Virus record (IMG/VR): IMGVR_UViG_3300029258_002326
Span: 1-64,000 of that record
Direction: 5' to 3' (one strand)
Origin: a virus
Lineage: Duplodnaviria; Caudoviricetes
DNA: 64,000 nt
A model generated the notes under the pieces. The model searched no databases. It had not been told where the DNA came from and saw nothing but the letters and a program-made list of their open reading frames with translations. How positions within the stretch are numbered: the first letter of the stretch is position 1; the number at the start of each line of letters is the position of its first letter. Both the position numbers and the translations under genes were made by a program. Below, piece by piece: positions 9,757 through 18,460 of this stretch.

Positions 9757-9773
9757 ACTCGCCTCTAGTTTCG

Positions 9774-9787
9774 CGAACTCAAGTTCG
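9774..9787 (+). repeat. 14-bp quasi-palindrome copy 2
   Basis: Exact match; 11 nt upstream of a TTGACA. Confidence 0.95.
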
Positions 9788-9798
9788 CAATATTCATG

Positions 9799-9827
9799 TT
9801 GACAAAAGAATAACACGGTTGTAATTT
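9799..9827 (+). promoter_or_regulatory. sigma70-like promoter
   Basis: TTGACA-17 nt-TAATTT. Confidence 0.7.
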
Positions 9828-9876
9828 TCGGGCACAGTGTCTCGGGCGATTGATGTCCGATTGAAGGGGTGCGTCG

Positions 9877-10284
9877 ATGACCAGTGAAGAATTGTTGATG
9901 TTGAAGGAAAGTCCGGGTTTTGCTTACATAGCTGCTCCGTATTCGCATGAATCACAGGCGATCACTTTAGGGCGCGTGAGGATCGTCAATGCCGTGTGTG
10001 CTGCATTGATGAAAGAGGGCGTTCATCTGTTCTCTCCCATTAGTCACTGTCATCCAATTATGAAGGCGGGCAATCTGCCTGGGGACTTCGGTTTCTGGGG
10101 TGGTTACAACAGGAAGATGCTCAGTCATTCGGAGCATTTTGTTGTCTTGGAGCTAAAGGGTTGGAAGGAATCGGATGGTGTTAACGGCGAATCCAAGACG
10201 GCCAAGGGGCTCCATGTTCCACGCATAGGAATAAGCTGGGAAGAGATTTGCGACAGGTGGCTGGATCAGGCGCTCGGCATTTAG
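9877..10284 (+). CDS. DUF1937-family (nucleoside deoxyribosyltransferase-like fold) protein
   Basis: AYIAAPYSH; FSPISHCHPI; GWKESDGV.GE. Confidence 0.75.
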   Translation: MTSEELLMLKESPGFAYIAAPYSHESQAITLGRVRIVNAVCAALMKEGVHLFSPISHCHPIMKAGNLPGDFGFWGGYNRKMLSHSEHFVVLELKGWKESDGVNGESKTAKGLHVPRIGISWEEICDRWLDQALGI

Positions 10285-10291
10285 GGCTCGG

Positions 10292-10978
10292 TTGAAAGAT
10301 GTTGTTGTTTACCTGGGCAGGGTGCCCGGTGTTGAGGAGGAAAGAATGTTCGAGAATGTAGAAATCGGAGACAAGATCGTAGCGTATCGCGGCAATTACA
10401 CGGATAAGATCCTTGTTACCGTGACCGACATAACCAACAAGTACATTAATACTCGCTGTGATCGCGGTGATAGAAGTGAGCGGGACGCTCGCTGGCATAA
10501 GTCTGATGGAGTTAGGACAAGATCAAGCAATGTAAAAGATGCCAACAAAGAGAGGATCACAGACGATGAAGAAGTTGTTGCCGAAGTTGAGAGGGTGTGG
10601 GCAGACGAGAATGAGCGACAGAGTCTTTTGAGAGAGAACAGAACAACTGCTGCAATCATACGGTCACTTTGTATTGACTTGGATTTGCCTGGCAATAGGG
10701 TTGCTGGCTGTATGCTCGGCAATGTCATAATTGCCTTAAAAGACCTTGGGAGGGTGGCAGGCGGAGATGAGCCTGCAAAAAGAAGCAATGGGCGTTATCC
10801 GCATCCGAAGTGTCCCTCTTGTGGCAAGCCCATGAATAAAACCATGACCAAGGGGAAGGCTGTAAAGCCGACCGATCCGTGGGCGTTTTGCCGAAACAAA
10901 GGATGCAAGCTGCATGGTAAGGATCAGATACTAAGAGGGAAGCTCAGGAAGCTCAAAAAGAAGAGCAAATCTTCCTAG
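10292..10978 (+). CDS. hypothetical protein, SH3-like N-terminal module and C-terminal Zn ribbon
   Basis: MFENVEIGDKIV...VTDIT; CPSCG...FCRNKGC; ATG near 10346 with GAGGAGG may be the true start. Confidence 0.7.
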   Translation: MKDVVVYLGRVPGVEEERMFENVEIGDKIVAYRGNYTDKILVTVTDITNKYINTRCDRGDRSERDARWHKSDGVRTRSSNVKDANKERITDDEEVVAEVERVWADENERQSLLRENRTTAAIIRSLCIDLDLPGNRVAGCMLGNVIIALKDLGRVAGGDEPAKRSNGRYPHPKCPSCGKPMNKTMTKGKAVKPTDPWAFCRNKGCKLHGKDQILRGKLRKLKKKSKSS

Positions 10979-10998
10979 TCACGGATTGGAGATGACAG

Positions 10999-11409
10999 AT
11001 GAGAGTACCAAAGAGGTTCATACCTGGTTTCCCTAGTTGTCGGTTCAAGTGGTTAGAGAACAAGCTCCGGGATCTGCACTTGAAGCTGTTCCGGGGGTAT
11101 TACGATGTTTTCATCCCTCCTTCGATGACAAACGGAGGCAAGGGGGTTTATATCTGGAATGGCGGCCCTGAGATGACTTCCGATGAGATAGTCAGTGCTC
11201 AGCCTTTCACAGGCATGGGAGTGGATTGTCCATGGGAGTTCGTGTCTAGCGATGGCACCGAGGAGACCTCGGACGATCTGTGTGTCCAGATAAGCAAGAA
11301 ATGGCAGGCGTATTTCCTAGCGATTGGACAGCCAGGGGAAGAAGAGCGGTTGGCCGAGATAAGAGAGATGTCGGATCGGGCGCTCAAGCTCGTGAGGGAT
11401 CGAGACTGA
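10999..11409 (+). CDS. hypothetical protein
   Basis: GGAG RBS. Confidence 0.65.
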   Translation: MRVPKRFIPGFPSCRFKWLENKLRDLHLKLFRGYYDVFIPPSMTNGGKGVYIWNGGPEMTSDEIVSAQPFTGMGVDCPWEFVSSDGTEETSDDLCVQISKKWQAYFLAIGQPGEEERLAEIREMSDRALKLVRDRD

Positions 11410-11717
11410 TGGCCTACCGATCTGTTAGGAAGAAAAGGTTACAATCCATCCTCGGAAACGGCGGAAGCGATCTAGACAGCAGGGATGCGTCTATAAAGTC
11501 GATAAGAAAAGCGTTGCGTAAAGGTCTTATAAAAAGGCCGAGCAGGTGTTCGTACTGCAAGCGTATCCCAGGTGTCGACGCTAAGGGAAATCCCAAGATA
11601 GAGGCTGTGCATCTGAAGGGGTATGCTCCAGAGCACCGTTTTGATTTTGAATGGTTGTGTGTAAGTTGCAGGTCCAGGGCCGTGTGGGCAAAGAAGAGGA
11701 AAGTTCAAAATGGATAG
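11409..11717 (+). CDS. HNH-like Zn-binding protein (degenerate)
   Basis: KALRKGLIKRPSRCSYC...IEAVH..GY...WLCVSC; paralog of 17625..18038. Confidence 0.6.
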   Translation: MAYRSVRKKRLQSILGNGGSDLDSRDASIKSIRKALRKGLIKRPSRCSYCKRIPGVDAKGNPKIEAVHLKGYAPEHRFDFEWLCVSCRSRAVWAKKRKVQNG

Positions 11718-11889
11718 AGACATAAAGAGGTTCCTGGTTGCGTTGGCAGAATTCCTAGACGTCCACGACGCGGAGTTCAAGAGCGAGAGCGGAGGCATAA
11801 AGGTGTCGATTGGAAGCAATAACTTTGATACCGATCTCACCTTGTCGGCTGATGCTGCTCGGTATCTAGTCGAGACGTATGGATCTTGA
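11710..11889 (+). CDS. small hypothetical protein (59 aa, not in ORF track)
   Basis: GAGG RBS; MDRDIKRFLVALAEFL...YGS* fills the gap. Confidence 0.6.
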   Translation: MDRDIKRFLVALAEFLDVHDAEFKSESGGIKVSIGSNNFDTDLTLSADAARYLVETYGS

Positions 11890-12085
11890 TTTTGTTGTCC
11901 TTTTGATCCTGGTGGCAGGGTTCGCTTTGCTGATCGTCAAAGGGGTAGCATCGGAGCGCAGGTTTCGTAGAGGACATCGAGGGTATCGCTGGGGTAGTCA
12001 TAAGAAGCCTCCGAAGTGGGCGACCTTGAAACGGAGCGGGCGCAAGAAATGGAAGAAGGTGCTTAGGATGAAGGGTGGAAGATGA
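11879..12085 (+). CDS. small TM protein with basic tail
   Basis: Hydrophobic N-terminus, K/R-rich C-terminus. Confidence 0.6.
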   Translation: MDLDFVVLLILVAGFALLIVKGVASERRFRRGHRGYRWGSHKKPPKWATLKRSGRKKWKKVLRMKGGR

Positions 12086-12540
12086 TCAAATTTGACATTG
12101 CGGTCAGGTGCGATATTTGCCCTGAGGACAGATACCGGGCTTTGACAGTGCGGCTTCCGCCATGTGGGATCGATGAGGAGCCGATAAGGGATCTTCTTTT
12201 TTGGGCTAGCAAGGACGCTTGGTTTGGGCTGTGTTGTGATTGCGAGTCGTTGCCTACATGTGATTATGCTCGCGCTAACTCTACAATGCGCGACTATGAC
12301 GGCGAGCAATTGCTTCCTGAAACGGTGAAGATTATCAGAGATCTTGGCAATGCGTTCAACAGTCGAATGCAGCGTTTGGTGGGCTACTATTCCGATGATA
12401 CCGAGGTGGCTTCGTTGCATATTCTCAGGGACAGGGCCATCGACAGGGGCGACATTGAGGCTGCCATTGAGTGCAGTCGGAGGATGGGCTTTTTGGAAGG
12501 GCTAAGGTCTCAGGTTAAGAGTGTGAAATGCGGAAGATAA
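12082..12540 (+). CDS. hypothetical Cys-containing protein
   Basis: CDIC...CCDC. Confidence 0.65.
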   Translation: MIKFDIAVRCDICPEDRYRALTVRLPPCGIDEEPIRDLLFWASKDAWFGLCCDCESLPTCDYARANSTMRDYDGEQLLPETVKIIRDLGNAFNSRMQRLVGYYSDDTEVASLHILRDRAIDRGDIEAAIECSRRMGFLEGLRSQVKSVKCGR

Positions 12541-12824
12541 AGCGAAAGAAAAAGAAACCCGTGGAAGAATTGCACAGTGGCAGGCTCAACAGGTGTCTGG
12601 ACTGTGATGCCATGTGGAACAGTGGGAACAAATACTACAAGGGGTTTCCTGTAAAGAACGAGACTTCTCCTACTGCTACAGATGAGGGGTTCATTCGGTC
12701 TTCCGGGCCTTTCGTTTCTTCTGATACAGAGTGCGTTCATTGCGGCTCTGAAAATGTGGTAGAGAACGGGAAGGAGAGGGAGAATGAAGGACGGAATGAC
12801 AGATGCAGTGTCACAGGATTTTAG
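12528..12824 (+). CDS. Zn-ribbon protein
   Basis: CLDC...CVHCGS. Confidence 0.6.
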   Translation: MRKIKRKKKKPVEELHSGRLNRCLDCDAMWNSGNKYYKGFPVKNETSPTATDEGFIRSSGPFVSSDTECVHCGSENVVENGKERENEGRNDRCSVTGF

Positions 12825-13032
12825 CGCTAAGTTCGACGCCTTGATAATCAGGGCGGCGACGATTCGAAGTAAGAGCACATACCCTTTGCCGAAGAGGGCA
12901 TCGGAGGCGGTCAGGAGGATCGAGGCGGGCATGGAGAGCAGGGATCCGCTGTCCGTGTTTACAATGATCAGCGACCTTAGCTATTTCATCGGGTACATGG
13001 AGGCTCTTACAGATCCCAAGGGTGGCAAGTGA
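12784..13032 (+). CDS. hypothetical protein
   Basis: ORF with GGAG upstream. Confidence 0.6.
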   Translation: MKDGMTDAVSQDFSAKFDALIIRAATIRSKSTYPLPKRASEAVRRIEAGMESRDPLSVFTMISDLSYFIGYMEALTDPKGGK

Positions 13033-13394
13033 TGTGCAACTGCTTCAAGTGTAGGCATCACAGGATACGCGGTGATGGTGCATTGATATGCAAAAAGGAT
13101 GGCGAGTATCTCGATCCGGAGACCCAAGGCAAGTGTATCGAGGAGTGCAAGTGCATTGGGTTCGAGGAGGATCTGGAATACTCGAACTGCCTTGAGTGTG
13201 ACCTTTTGTTCGAAATACAGGGACGCAAGGGAATGTACTTGTGCGAAGGCAATACGCGTCGATTCGGAAACGGGTTGGTGGATGTCTCGGAGCCTGGGGT
13301 AAGGGCGCTCATGCGTGAAAGGGGGTGTGGCTGTTTTTCCCAAAAAGAGAAGGCTTCCCAGTCTTCACGGGAAGAAGCAAAGGAGCCAAGATGA
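13029..13394 (+). CDS. Cys-rich protein with two four-Cys modules
   Basis: CFKC..C..C and CLEC..C..C-x2-F. Confidence 0.7.
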   Translation: MMCNCFKCRHHRIRGDGALICKKDGEYLDPETQGKCIEECKCIGFEEDLEYSNCLECDLLFEIQGRKGMYLCEGNTRRFGNGLVDVSEPGVRALMRERGCGCFSQKEKASQSSREEAKEPR

Positions 13395-13397
13395 GCG

Positions 13398-13790
13398 ATG
13401 GGGACCCGAATGTTTGAGGACACAAAAGTCGGAGATACACTGGTCGTGAGGACGAGTGGGTTCAAGGAACACGCTTACGAGACGGTCAAGGTGACGAGGA
13501 TTACCAAGGCATCTGTTTTTACAGTGCTGAAGGATGGAGCGGCTGAGGTTCGGTGGTTCAGGAGTAACGGACGCCAGTATGGGGGCACTCATGACCGGTG
13601 GCATCCTCGCATGTTGTCGGACAATCCGAGGGATCTCACGAGGGCGCGGCGGTACAGGAAGATGGATAGGCTATCTAGGCTGTGCAACTACATCTCTAGT
13701 CGTGCTGGCGGGTTGACAGATGAGGACTTAGATGCGGTTTTGCGTCAGCTGAGTGCTATACGTGATCAGTTTTTCATGGACAAGAAGTAG
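13398..13790 (+). CDS. hypothetical protein, SH3-like N-terminal module
   Basis: MFEDTKVGDTLVV...VTRITK...RWFRSNG. Confidence 0.7.
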   Translation: MGTRMFEDTKVGDTLVVRTSGFKEHAYETVKVTRITKASVFTVLKDGAAEVRWFRSNGRQYGGTHDRWHPRMLSDNPRDLTRARRYRKMDRLSRLCNYISSRAGGLTDEDLDAVLRQLSAIRDQFFMDKK

Positions 13791-13793
13791 CAT

Positions 13794-14339
13794 ATGGAAA
13801 AGGAGGCGGTAATGGACCAGAAATTTATAAGTTTCATGCTTGAAAGACTAGGCGGGGAAGCGGCTGCACGGGAGGAGTACGAGAAGGCTCGTCCGGTGGA
13901 GATTGCCTTTGAGCTACCCGGCGAAGTGGTCACGATGATCGACAAGCAAGCTAGCGAGAAGGGTGTAGCCAAAAGCGAGGTCGTGGAGACGGCTGTGAGG
14001 GCATACGATGCGAGCGACAGAGCGCCTAAGAAGAAAAGACTGAATCTTGCTCCGGTTGAGAAGGTTATAAACGACGAGTGCGTTCTCAGGGTTTTGACTA
14101 TCCAGACGGAGGGCGGCGGATCTGTTTTCATGACAGCTGTTCAGGTGGCTGATTGCATTGACCACCTCGACAGGAACACCGCGAGGTCAACGCTGGATAG
14201 GCTGGTGCACTTCGGTAAAGTCATGCTTGACAAGAGGGGTCGCACGAACGAGTACAAGATCAATCCTGAATACGTGAGGACGATTGATGTTCTGAGGGAC
14301 GTTGTTGCCGGTGTCCTTAATGGAGAAGGTGAGTCCTGA
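13794..14339 (+). CDS. putative DNA-binding regulator (ribbon-helix-helix + winged HTH)
   Basis: IAFELPGEVVTMID..A...GVAKSEVVE.AV (CopG/RHH pattern); MTAVQVAD...RNTARSTLDRLV..G.V...Y (wHTH pattern). Confidence 0.65.
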   Translation: MEKEAVMDQKFISFMLERLGGEAAAREEYEKARPVEIAFELPGEVVTMIDKQASEKGVAKSEVVETAVRAYDASDRAPKKKRLNLAPVEKVINDECVLRVLTIQTEGGGSVFMTAVQVADCIDHLDRNTARSTLDRLVHFGKVMLDKRGRTNEYKINPEYVRTIDVLRDVVAGVLNGEGES

Positions 14340-14659
14340 TGGCCGACGACATACTCTCCGTCAAGGAGTACCCAGGCAGCATTTATATGCGGCGCGGGAA
14401 AGAGGGTCTTGATGGGTGGGGGGTTACTCGTGAGACAGGTAGCGATATAGAGTACATCCGAGGGGACATCGTGCGGGCCAGCGCGGCGCGTGCTGCGTTT
14501 ATGTGGCACCACTTGACCGAGCGGGCAGGGTTGGCGCTTGCGGAGCTGAAAGGCGACTGTGAGGCCAATTGCAGAAACCCAGGGAAGTGCGACGAAGTGG
14601 AGCATTGCTACATTCGAAGCGCGATGGATATTCTTAAGAAGATGACAGGAGAGGGGTAG
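14339..14659 (+). CDS. hypothetical protein
   Basis: YP.SIY...IEYIR.D motif; C-terminal Cys cluster. Confidence 0.65.
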   Translation: MADDILSVKEYPGSIYMRRGKEGLDGWGVTRETGSDIEYIRGDIVRASAARAAFMWHHLTERAGLALAELKGDCEANCRNPGKCDEVEHCYIRSAMDILKKMTGEG

Positions 14660-14662
14660 CAG

Positions 14663-14914
14663 ATGGTGAGCGAAAAAGGTCTCTCAGAAGAAGAAAAGGC
14701 CGACCTGGACAAAGCCATTAGGGCGATGCTCAAGAAGGCTCGTGATCGTGGCGATATTACGACGGAGCACTTCGTTAGTGTACCTCGCTCTAAGATCGTG
14801 GAGAGGCTCGACTCGTTTTGTGCGCATCATTGTCATGGCCGAGACGAGGGGTGCGATCCAGAGCGATGCCCGGTGGTTCAGGTTGTAGAGATGATAAAGT
14901 GGGACAAGGAATAG
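14663..14914 (+). CDS. hypothetical protein
   Basis: C-terminal Cys cluster. Confidence 0.65.
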   Translation: MVSEKGLSEEEKADLDKAIRAMLKKARDRGDITTEHFVSVPRSKIVERLDSFCAHHCHGRDEGCDPERCPVVQVVEMIKWDKE

Positions 14915-14916
14915 GA

Positions 14917-15132
14917 ATGAAAATCAGCTCTGAATTAAGGTCTCATCTTGAGATAGGGGTTCTCTTTCTGGCTCTGGTCTTGTTGATTGTTTGGCTCTCG
15001 ACGAGGGGAGCTATCTGGGACACTTGCGAGTCGGAGTGCGCCCCGTACACGGTGGCGTTGTGCAGTCGAAAACTTGCTGTGTGTAAAACTGTTGACGGTT
15101 ACTCCGTCAGGGAGAAAAAAGGTAAATTCTAA
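14917..15132 (+). CDS. small TM protein with Cys-rich ectodomain
   Basis: TM helix then CESECAP...C...CKTVDGY.VR. Confidence 0.65.
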   Translation: MKISSELRSHLEIGVLFLALVLLIVWLSTRGAIWDTCESECAPYTVALCSRKLAVCKTVDGYSVREKKGKF

Positions 15133-15133
15133 G

Positions 15134-15325
15134 ATGAAACAGACATTTTTAGATTACACGTGTACACGAGAAACAGAGAAGGCGATCCTTGTCGAAGACG
15201 GTGGCGGGGAAGAGACATGGATCCCCAAATCACAGATCGACGACGATAGCGAGGTCTACAAAATGGGCACGGAGGGCGACCTGGTTATCTCGGAGTTTTT
15301 CGCTGGCAAGCTAGGGTGGTTGTAG
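15134..15325 (+). CDS. conserved small phage protein (ETEKA...W.PKSQ family)
   Basis: RETEKAILV...WIPKSQI. Confidence 0.7.
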   Translation: MKQTFLDYTCTRETEKAILVEDGGGEETWIPKSQIDDDSEVYKMGTEGDLVISEFFAGKLGWL

Positions 15326-15347
15326 GGCTGCCAGAAAGAGGATTTAG

Positions 15348-15704
15348 ATGAATGTTGAAGATGGGTCTTATGCTGATGTTGCGTCCGTTGAAGACTGTAT
15401 GGTGACCACCACTGGGAAAGATGAGTACCTCACTGGGTATGAGGACGGGTTGGCCAAGGGCAAGCGGGACGCTAAGTTTAACAGTCAAGCTCTTCATATT
15501 GTGTACCTTACTTGCATTGCGTTCCTCTTTATCCTTTACATTGGATCGAGGTCTTTCAGGGCAATTGGTGAGCACGATGAACAGGTAATAGAGAACAAGT
15601 GCCGAGACATGTGTGAGCCATTTCGCATGGAGTCATGCGGCCCCAAGGCTAGGACTGCAACGTGCAGGACTGTCGAGGGCTTTGTAGTGAGGAGTAAGGA
15701 ATAA
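15348..15704 (+). CDS. TM protein with Cys-rich ectodomain
   Basis: TM helix then C...CEP...C...CRTVEGF.VR; paralog of 14917..15132. Confidence 0.7.
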   Translation: MNVEDGSYADVASVEDCMVTTTGKDEYLTGYEDGLAKGKRDAKFNSQALHIVYLTCIAFLFILYIGSRSFRAIGEHDEQVIENKCRDMCEPFRMESCGPKARTATCRTVEGFVVRSKE

Positions 15705-15705
15705 A

Positions 15706-15936
15706 ATGAGTGAGTATACCTCCGAGCGGACAGTTTGGATAATCGTGGTGGCTCTTTTGCTTTTAGCGGCTACCTTGATTGAGTCTGGACAACGTGACGT
15801 TGCCCAAGAGGACGAAGGGCATGTTGCGCAGTGCGAGTGTGAGGAGTGCGAGCCGTGCGGAGCGTACTACGCTGAGCCATGCCCGACATTGGATGAACTT
15901 GAAGAAATGATTAATCTACTTAGGAGCCAGGAATGA
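15706..15936 (+). CDS. TM/signal protein with CP.LDE motif
   Basis: Hydrophobic N-terminus; CECEECEPC...CPTLDEL. Confidence 0.7.
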   Translation: MSEYTSERTVWIIVVALLLLAATLIESGQRDVAQEDEGHVAQCECEECEPCGAYYAEPCPTLDELEEMINLLRSQE

Positions 15937-16175
15937 AAGACCGTAACGTGCTTTTTTGGCAGAGTGTCTTTATCGTCGTCTGTGCCGTTTTCATAGCCTT
16001 GCTCCTCCTTGATGGCGCCAGCTTCTCGGAGACACCAGAGGCACAGGAAGTCCTCGAAATACCTCTGCAAGAATGCCCATGCAGCTGCGAGGAAGTCATC
16101 AATTGCCTCGAAGACTGCAATGAGAAGCTAGAGGGAATCAACGAACTTCTTAAACGCAGGTCAGGGGGCATGTGA
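15933..16175 (+). CDS. TM/signal protein with Cys motif
   Basis: Hydrophobic N-terminus; CPCSCEEV. Confidence 0.7.
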   Translation: MKDRNVLFWQSVFIVVCAVFIALLLLDGASFSETPEAQEVLEIPLQECPCSCEEVINCLEDCNEKLEGINELLKRRSGGM

Positions 16176-16435
16176 TGCGTGATCGACTAGTTGTTTGGTT
16201 TGCGGCAGTGATGTCAGTGGTGTCTGTAATCGGGTTAATCGTTCTGTTCTTGACATCACTTTATAACAACAGATTCACCCACGATGAGGCCAAGTCATGT
16301 CACTGTTACACCTATGAGGAGGCTGTCGGGATTTTTGATGGAACGATGGAGAGGCGCAATGATGCCTGCTATGGTACTAACAAATGTCCGTCCTTAACAG
16401 AGCTTGTGAATACAAAGGGCATGGAGAACTGGTGA
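16172..16435 (+). CDS. TM protein with CP.L.E motif
   Basis: Hydrophobic N-terminus; CPSLTEL. Confidence 0.7.
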   Translation: MMRDRLVVWFAAVMSVVSVIGLIVLFLTSLYNNRFTHDEAKSCHCYTYEEAVGIFDGTMERRNDACYGTNKCPSLTELVNTKGMENW

Positions 16436-16438
16436 AGC

Positions 16439-16723
16439 ATGAAGTCGAAGATTGTAGTAATGGTTCTAAGTATAATCGCTGCGGTGACGCTGCTGGCATT
16501 GGCGGTAACCAATATTTCCGGATGTGGAAAAAAGAAAGAGGAGTGCCCTCCTTGCCCGACGCTTGATGAGGTGAGAGAGATACTGGCCGGGACAAGACCT
16601 GCCCTTCCAAAGGGGTGTGGCCCCGAGTCGCCGAAGTGCCCTTCTATCGATGAGATGCTTTCAGAGGAAATGTCGCGCAGCTTCCGGATAATAGAGGACT
16701 ATCGGCTAGGAGGGGCGAGGTGA
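16439..16723 (+). CDS. putative lipoprotein with CP.LDE motifs
   Basis: Signal peptide ending ISG|C; CPTLDEV and CPSIDEM. Confidence 0.65.
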   Translation: MKSKIVVMVLSIIAAVTLLALAVTNISGCGKKKEECPPCPTLDEVREILAGTRPALPKGCGPESPKCPSIDEMLSEEMSRSFRIIEDYRLGGAR

Positions 16724-16974
16724 TACTCGAAGGGACCGTCAAGAAGAGCAAAGAGTACTGGTTAGTAGAAGTGCCTGCGATCGATCTTATGACCCAGGGC
16801 AAGACTCGGGGCGAGGCGTTGGACATGATAATCGACGCGGTTGAGACCCTGGTAGATAAACCTGGTTTCAAGGTCGGGATACACGACAGGCGCAAGAACG
16901 TGATAGGTGTCTGGTCGGACGATGCTCAGGCTTTTATGGATCTGATGCTTGAGAGGGGTAAGAAGAGGGAGTAG
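16720..16974 (+). CDS. HicB-family antitoxin-like protein (solo)
   Basis: YWLVEVP.I...TQGKT..EAL.MI.DAVE, the HicB N-terminal domain pattern. Confidence 0.75.
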   Translation: MILEGTVKKSKEYWLVEVPAIDLMTQGKTRGEALDMIIDAVETLVDKPGFKVGIHDRRKNVIGVWSDDAQAFMDLMLERGKKRE

Positions 16975-16980
16975 GCTTTG

Positions 16981-16994
16981 CGAACTTGAGTTCG
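16981..16994 (-). repeat. 14-bp quasi-palindrome copy 3
   Basis: CGAACTTGAGTTCG; intergenic. Confidence 0.95.
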
Positions 16995-17013
16995 CGAGAG
17001 CACGGGGGCTGAT

Positions 17014-17223
17014 ATGATAGAGTGGCCGAGGGTAGAATTTTTTACAGTTAGACCTGTAATAGAATGCGGAGAAGAGAAGCGCAGACAGGCCATGGAGGTC
17101 CGGTGCAAAAAATGCCCCCACACCGACGAATGCAAGGGATTCCAGTACGGTGACAAACTGGGACCTGCGGAAACTGCTGAGTTTTTGCGTATATACAGAG
17201 AAGAGTTGACAAACAAAAGATAG
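17014..17223 (+). CDS. small hypothetical protein
   Basis: CKKC...C. Confidence 0.55.
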   Translation: MIEWPRVEFFTVRPVIECGEEKRRQAMEVRCKKCPHTDECKGFQYGDKLGPAETAEFLRIYREELTNKR

Positions 17224-17234
17224 CAATGTAAGGG
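17206..17234 (+). promoter_or_regulatory. possible sigma70-like promoter
   Basis: GTTGACAAA, 17-nt spacer, TG-TAAGGG; weak -10 but same family as 8262/9799/21625. Confidence 0.45.
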
Positions 17235-17286
17235 ATCTGAGTGAGATGGCGAGCGACGATGCTCGTCAGAGGCGAAAAGAGGCAAG

Positions 17287-17628
17287 TTGATGGCTGGTTG
17301 TAATGGTTGCGAGCACGGGAAAGAAACGTTCAAGGTCGATGTCGTAGGCACGGTCGTTTATTGCAAGAAAAAGGGCAGGTCCGTGATTCCTGAGTTGTTT
17401 AACAATTGCCCTTCTCGTTCTACCATGGAGGGCAAGAAAGTCGCCAGGAGGGTGTTTCCAGACGAGAATGTGCCGTGCGATAATCCGTTTGATGAAGTGA
17501 AGCGTCTTGAGGGTCTTCTCAGGAATGCGAAGCGTGAGAATACCAAATTGCTGGACATGATAGGCAAGATGCGGGGCGCGAGCGCCGTAGTGATCAAAGC
17601 GGCTGATAAGGTATTGGGGGCGGGGTGA
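17287..17628 (+). CDS. four-Cys module + coiled coil protein
   Basis: CNGCEH...YC...C. Confidence 0.7.
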   Translation: MMAGCNGCEHGKETFKVDVVGTVVYCKKKGRSVIPELFNNCPSRSTMEGKKVARRVFPDENVPCDNPFDEVKRLEGLLRNAKRENTKLLDMIGKMRGASAVVIKAADKVLGAG

Positions 17629-18038
17629 GCGAGCACAACAAGAGCGGGGAAAAATGGGGAAGGACAGCTACGAAGGCGGCGGCTGTAAAGACGATCTTCG
17701 AGGCGGTCAGAACCGGGCGCATTATTCGTCCGGATACCTGTTCACAGTGCGGTGAAAAGCCGGGACTGGACGCGGTAGGTAATTCAAAGATTCAGGCAAT
17801 ACACACCAAGGGTTATGAGTTCGAGCACAGGATGGACGTGGTCTGGATGTGCGTGAGCTGTAGGAATAAATTTGCGTGGATAGCCAGGAGAGAGCGAGAG
17901 AACGAAAAGTGCGACATCTGCGGGGAGCCGACAAAAAGGGGAGAAGGCGAGCCCCGGCTGACACAGGTGAACGGAGAGGAACACGACAGTTATCACTCCA
18001 TCTGTTTCGATTGCTATTTGCCTGGCGGATATGGCTGA
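17625..18038 (+). CDS. HNH-like Zn-binding protein (degenerate)
   Basis: AVRTGRIIRPDTCSQC...IQAIH.KGY...WMCVSC plus a second CxxC pair. Confidence 0.6.
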   Translation: MSEHNKSGEKWGRTATKAAAVKTIFEAVRTGRIIRPDTCSQCGEKPGLDAVGNSKIQAIHTKGYEFEHRMDVVWMCVSCRNKFAWIARRERENEKCDICGEPTKRGEGEPRLTQVNGEEHDSYHSICFDCYLPGGYG

Positions 18039-18049
18039 GGAGAAAAGGG

Positions 18050-18460
18050 ATGTCGGATTACTTTAAGCAGGCGAACGTTGCGTTTTTGATTTTGGCGGCG
18101 TTGTCCCTGGAGAAATCACTGGAAATCACGTGGTTCATGACACTGTTTCCGTATTTGCTGATAGTGATATGGTGGTTGCTTGATTATCTGGTCCGGCCAT
18201 GGTTCGGGCTGTCCAGCGAGGACACCTCTGATGACAGCATGGTCAGGGGGCTAGTGGACGGGACGTTCAATAATGCGAGGGCAGCCAAGTCTGTGTTACG
18301 GTACTATTGTGACAGCGTTTGTTCCCAGGATTACGGAGACTCGAAGCATTGTGAACGGTGTGAGCACATGAGGGCGCGTGAGTTTTTTGAGGCGGTGGAT
18401 AGCATAGGTGCAAAGATCCGGTCGCGCAAGAGGCTCGAAGGAGAGGGCCGGAATGCCTGA
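18050..18460 (+). CDS. membrane protein with C-terminal Cys cluster
   Basis: Two hydrophobic segments; C...C...CERC. Confidence 0.65.
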   Translation: MSDYFKQANVAFLILAALSLEKSLEITWFMTLFPYLLIVIWWLLDYLVRPWFGLSSEDTSDDSMVRGLVDGTFNNARAAKSVLRYYCDSVCSQDYGDSKHCERCEHMRAREFFEAVDSIGAKIRSRKRLEGEGRNA

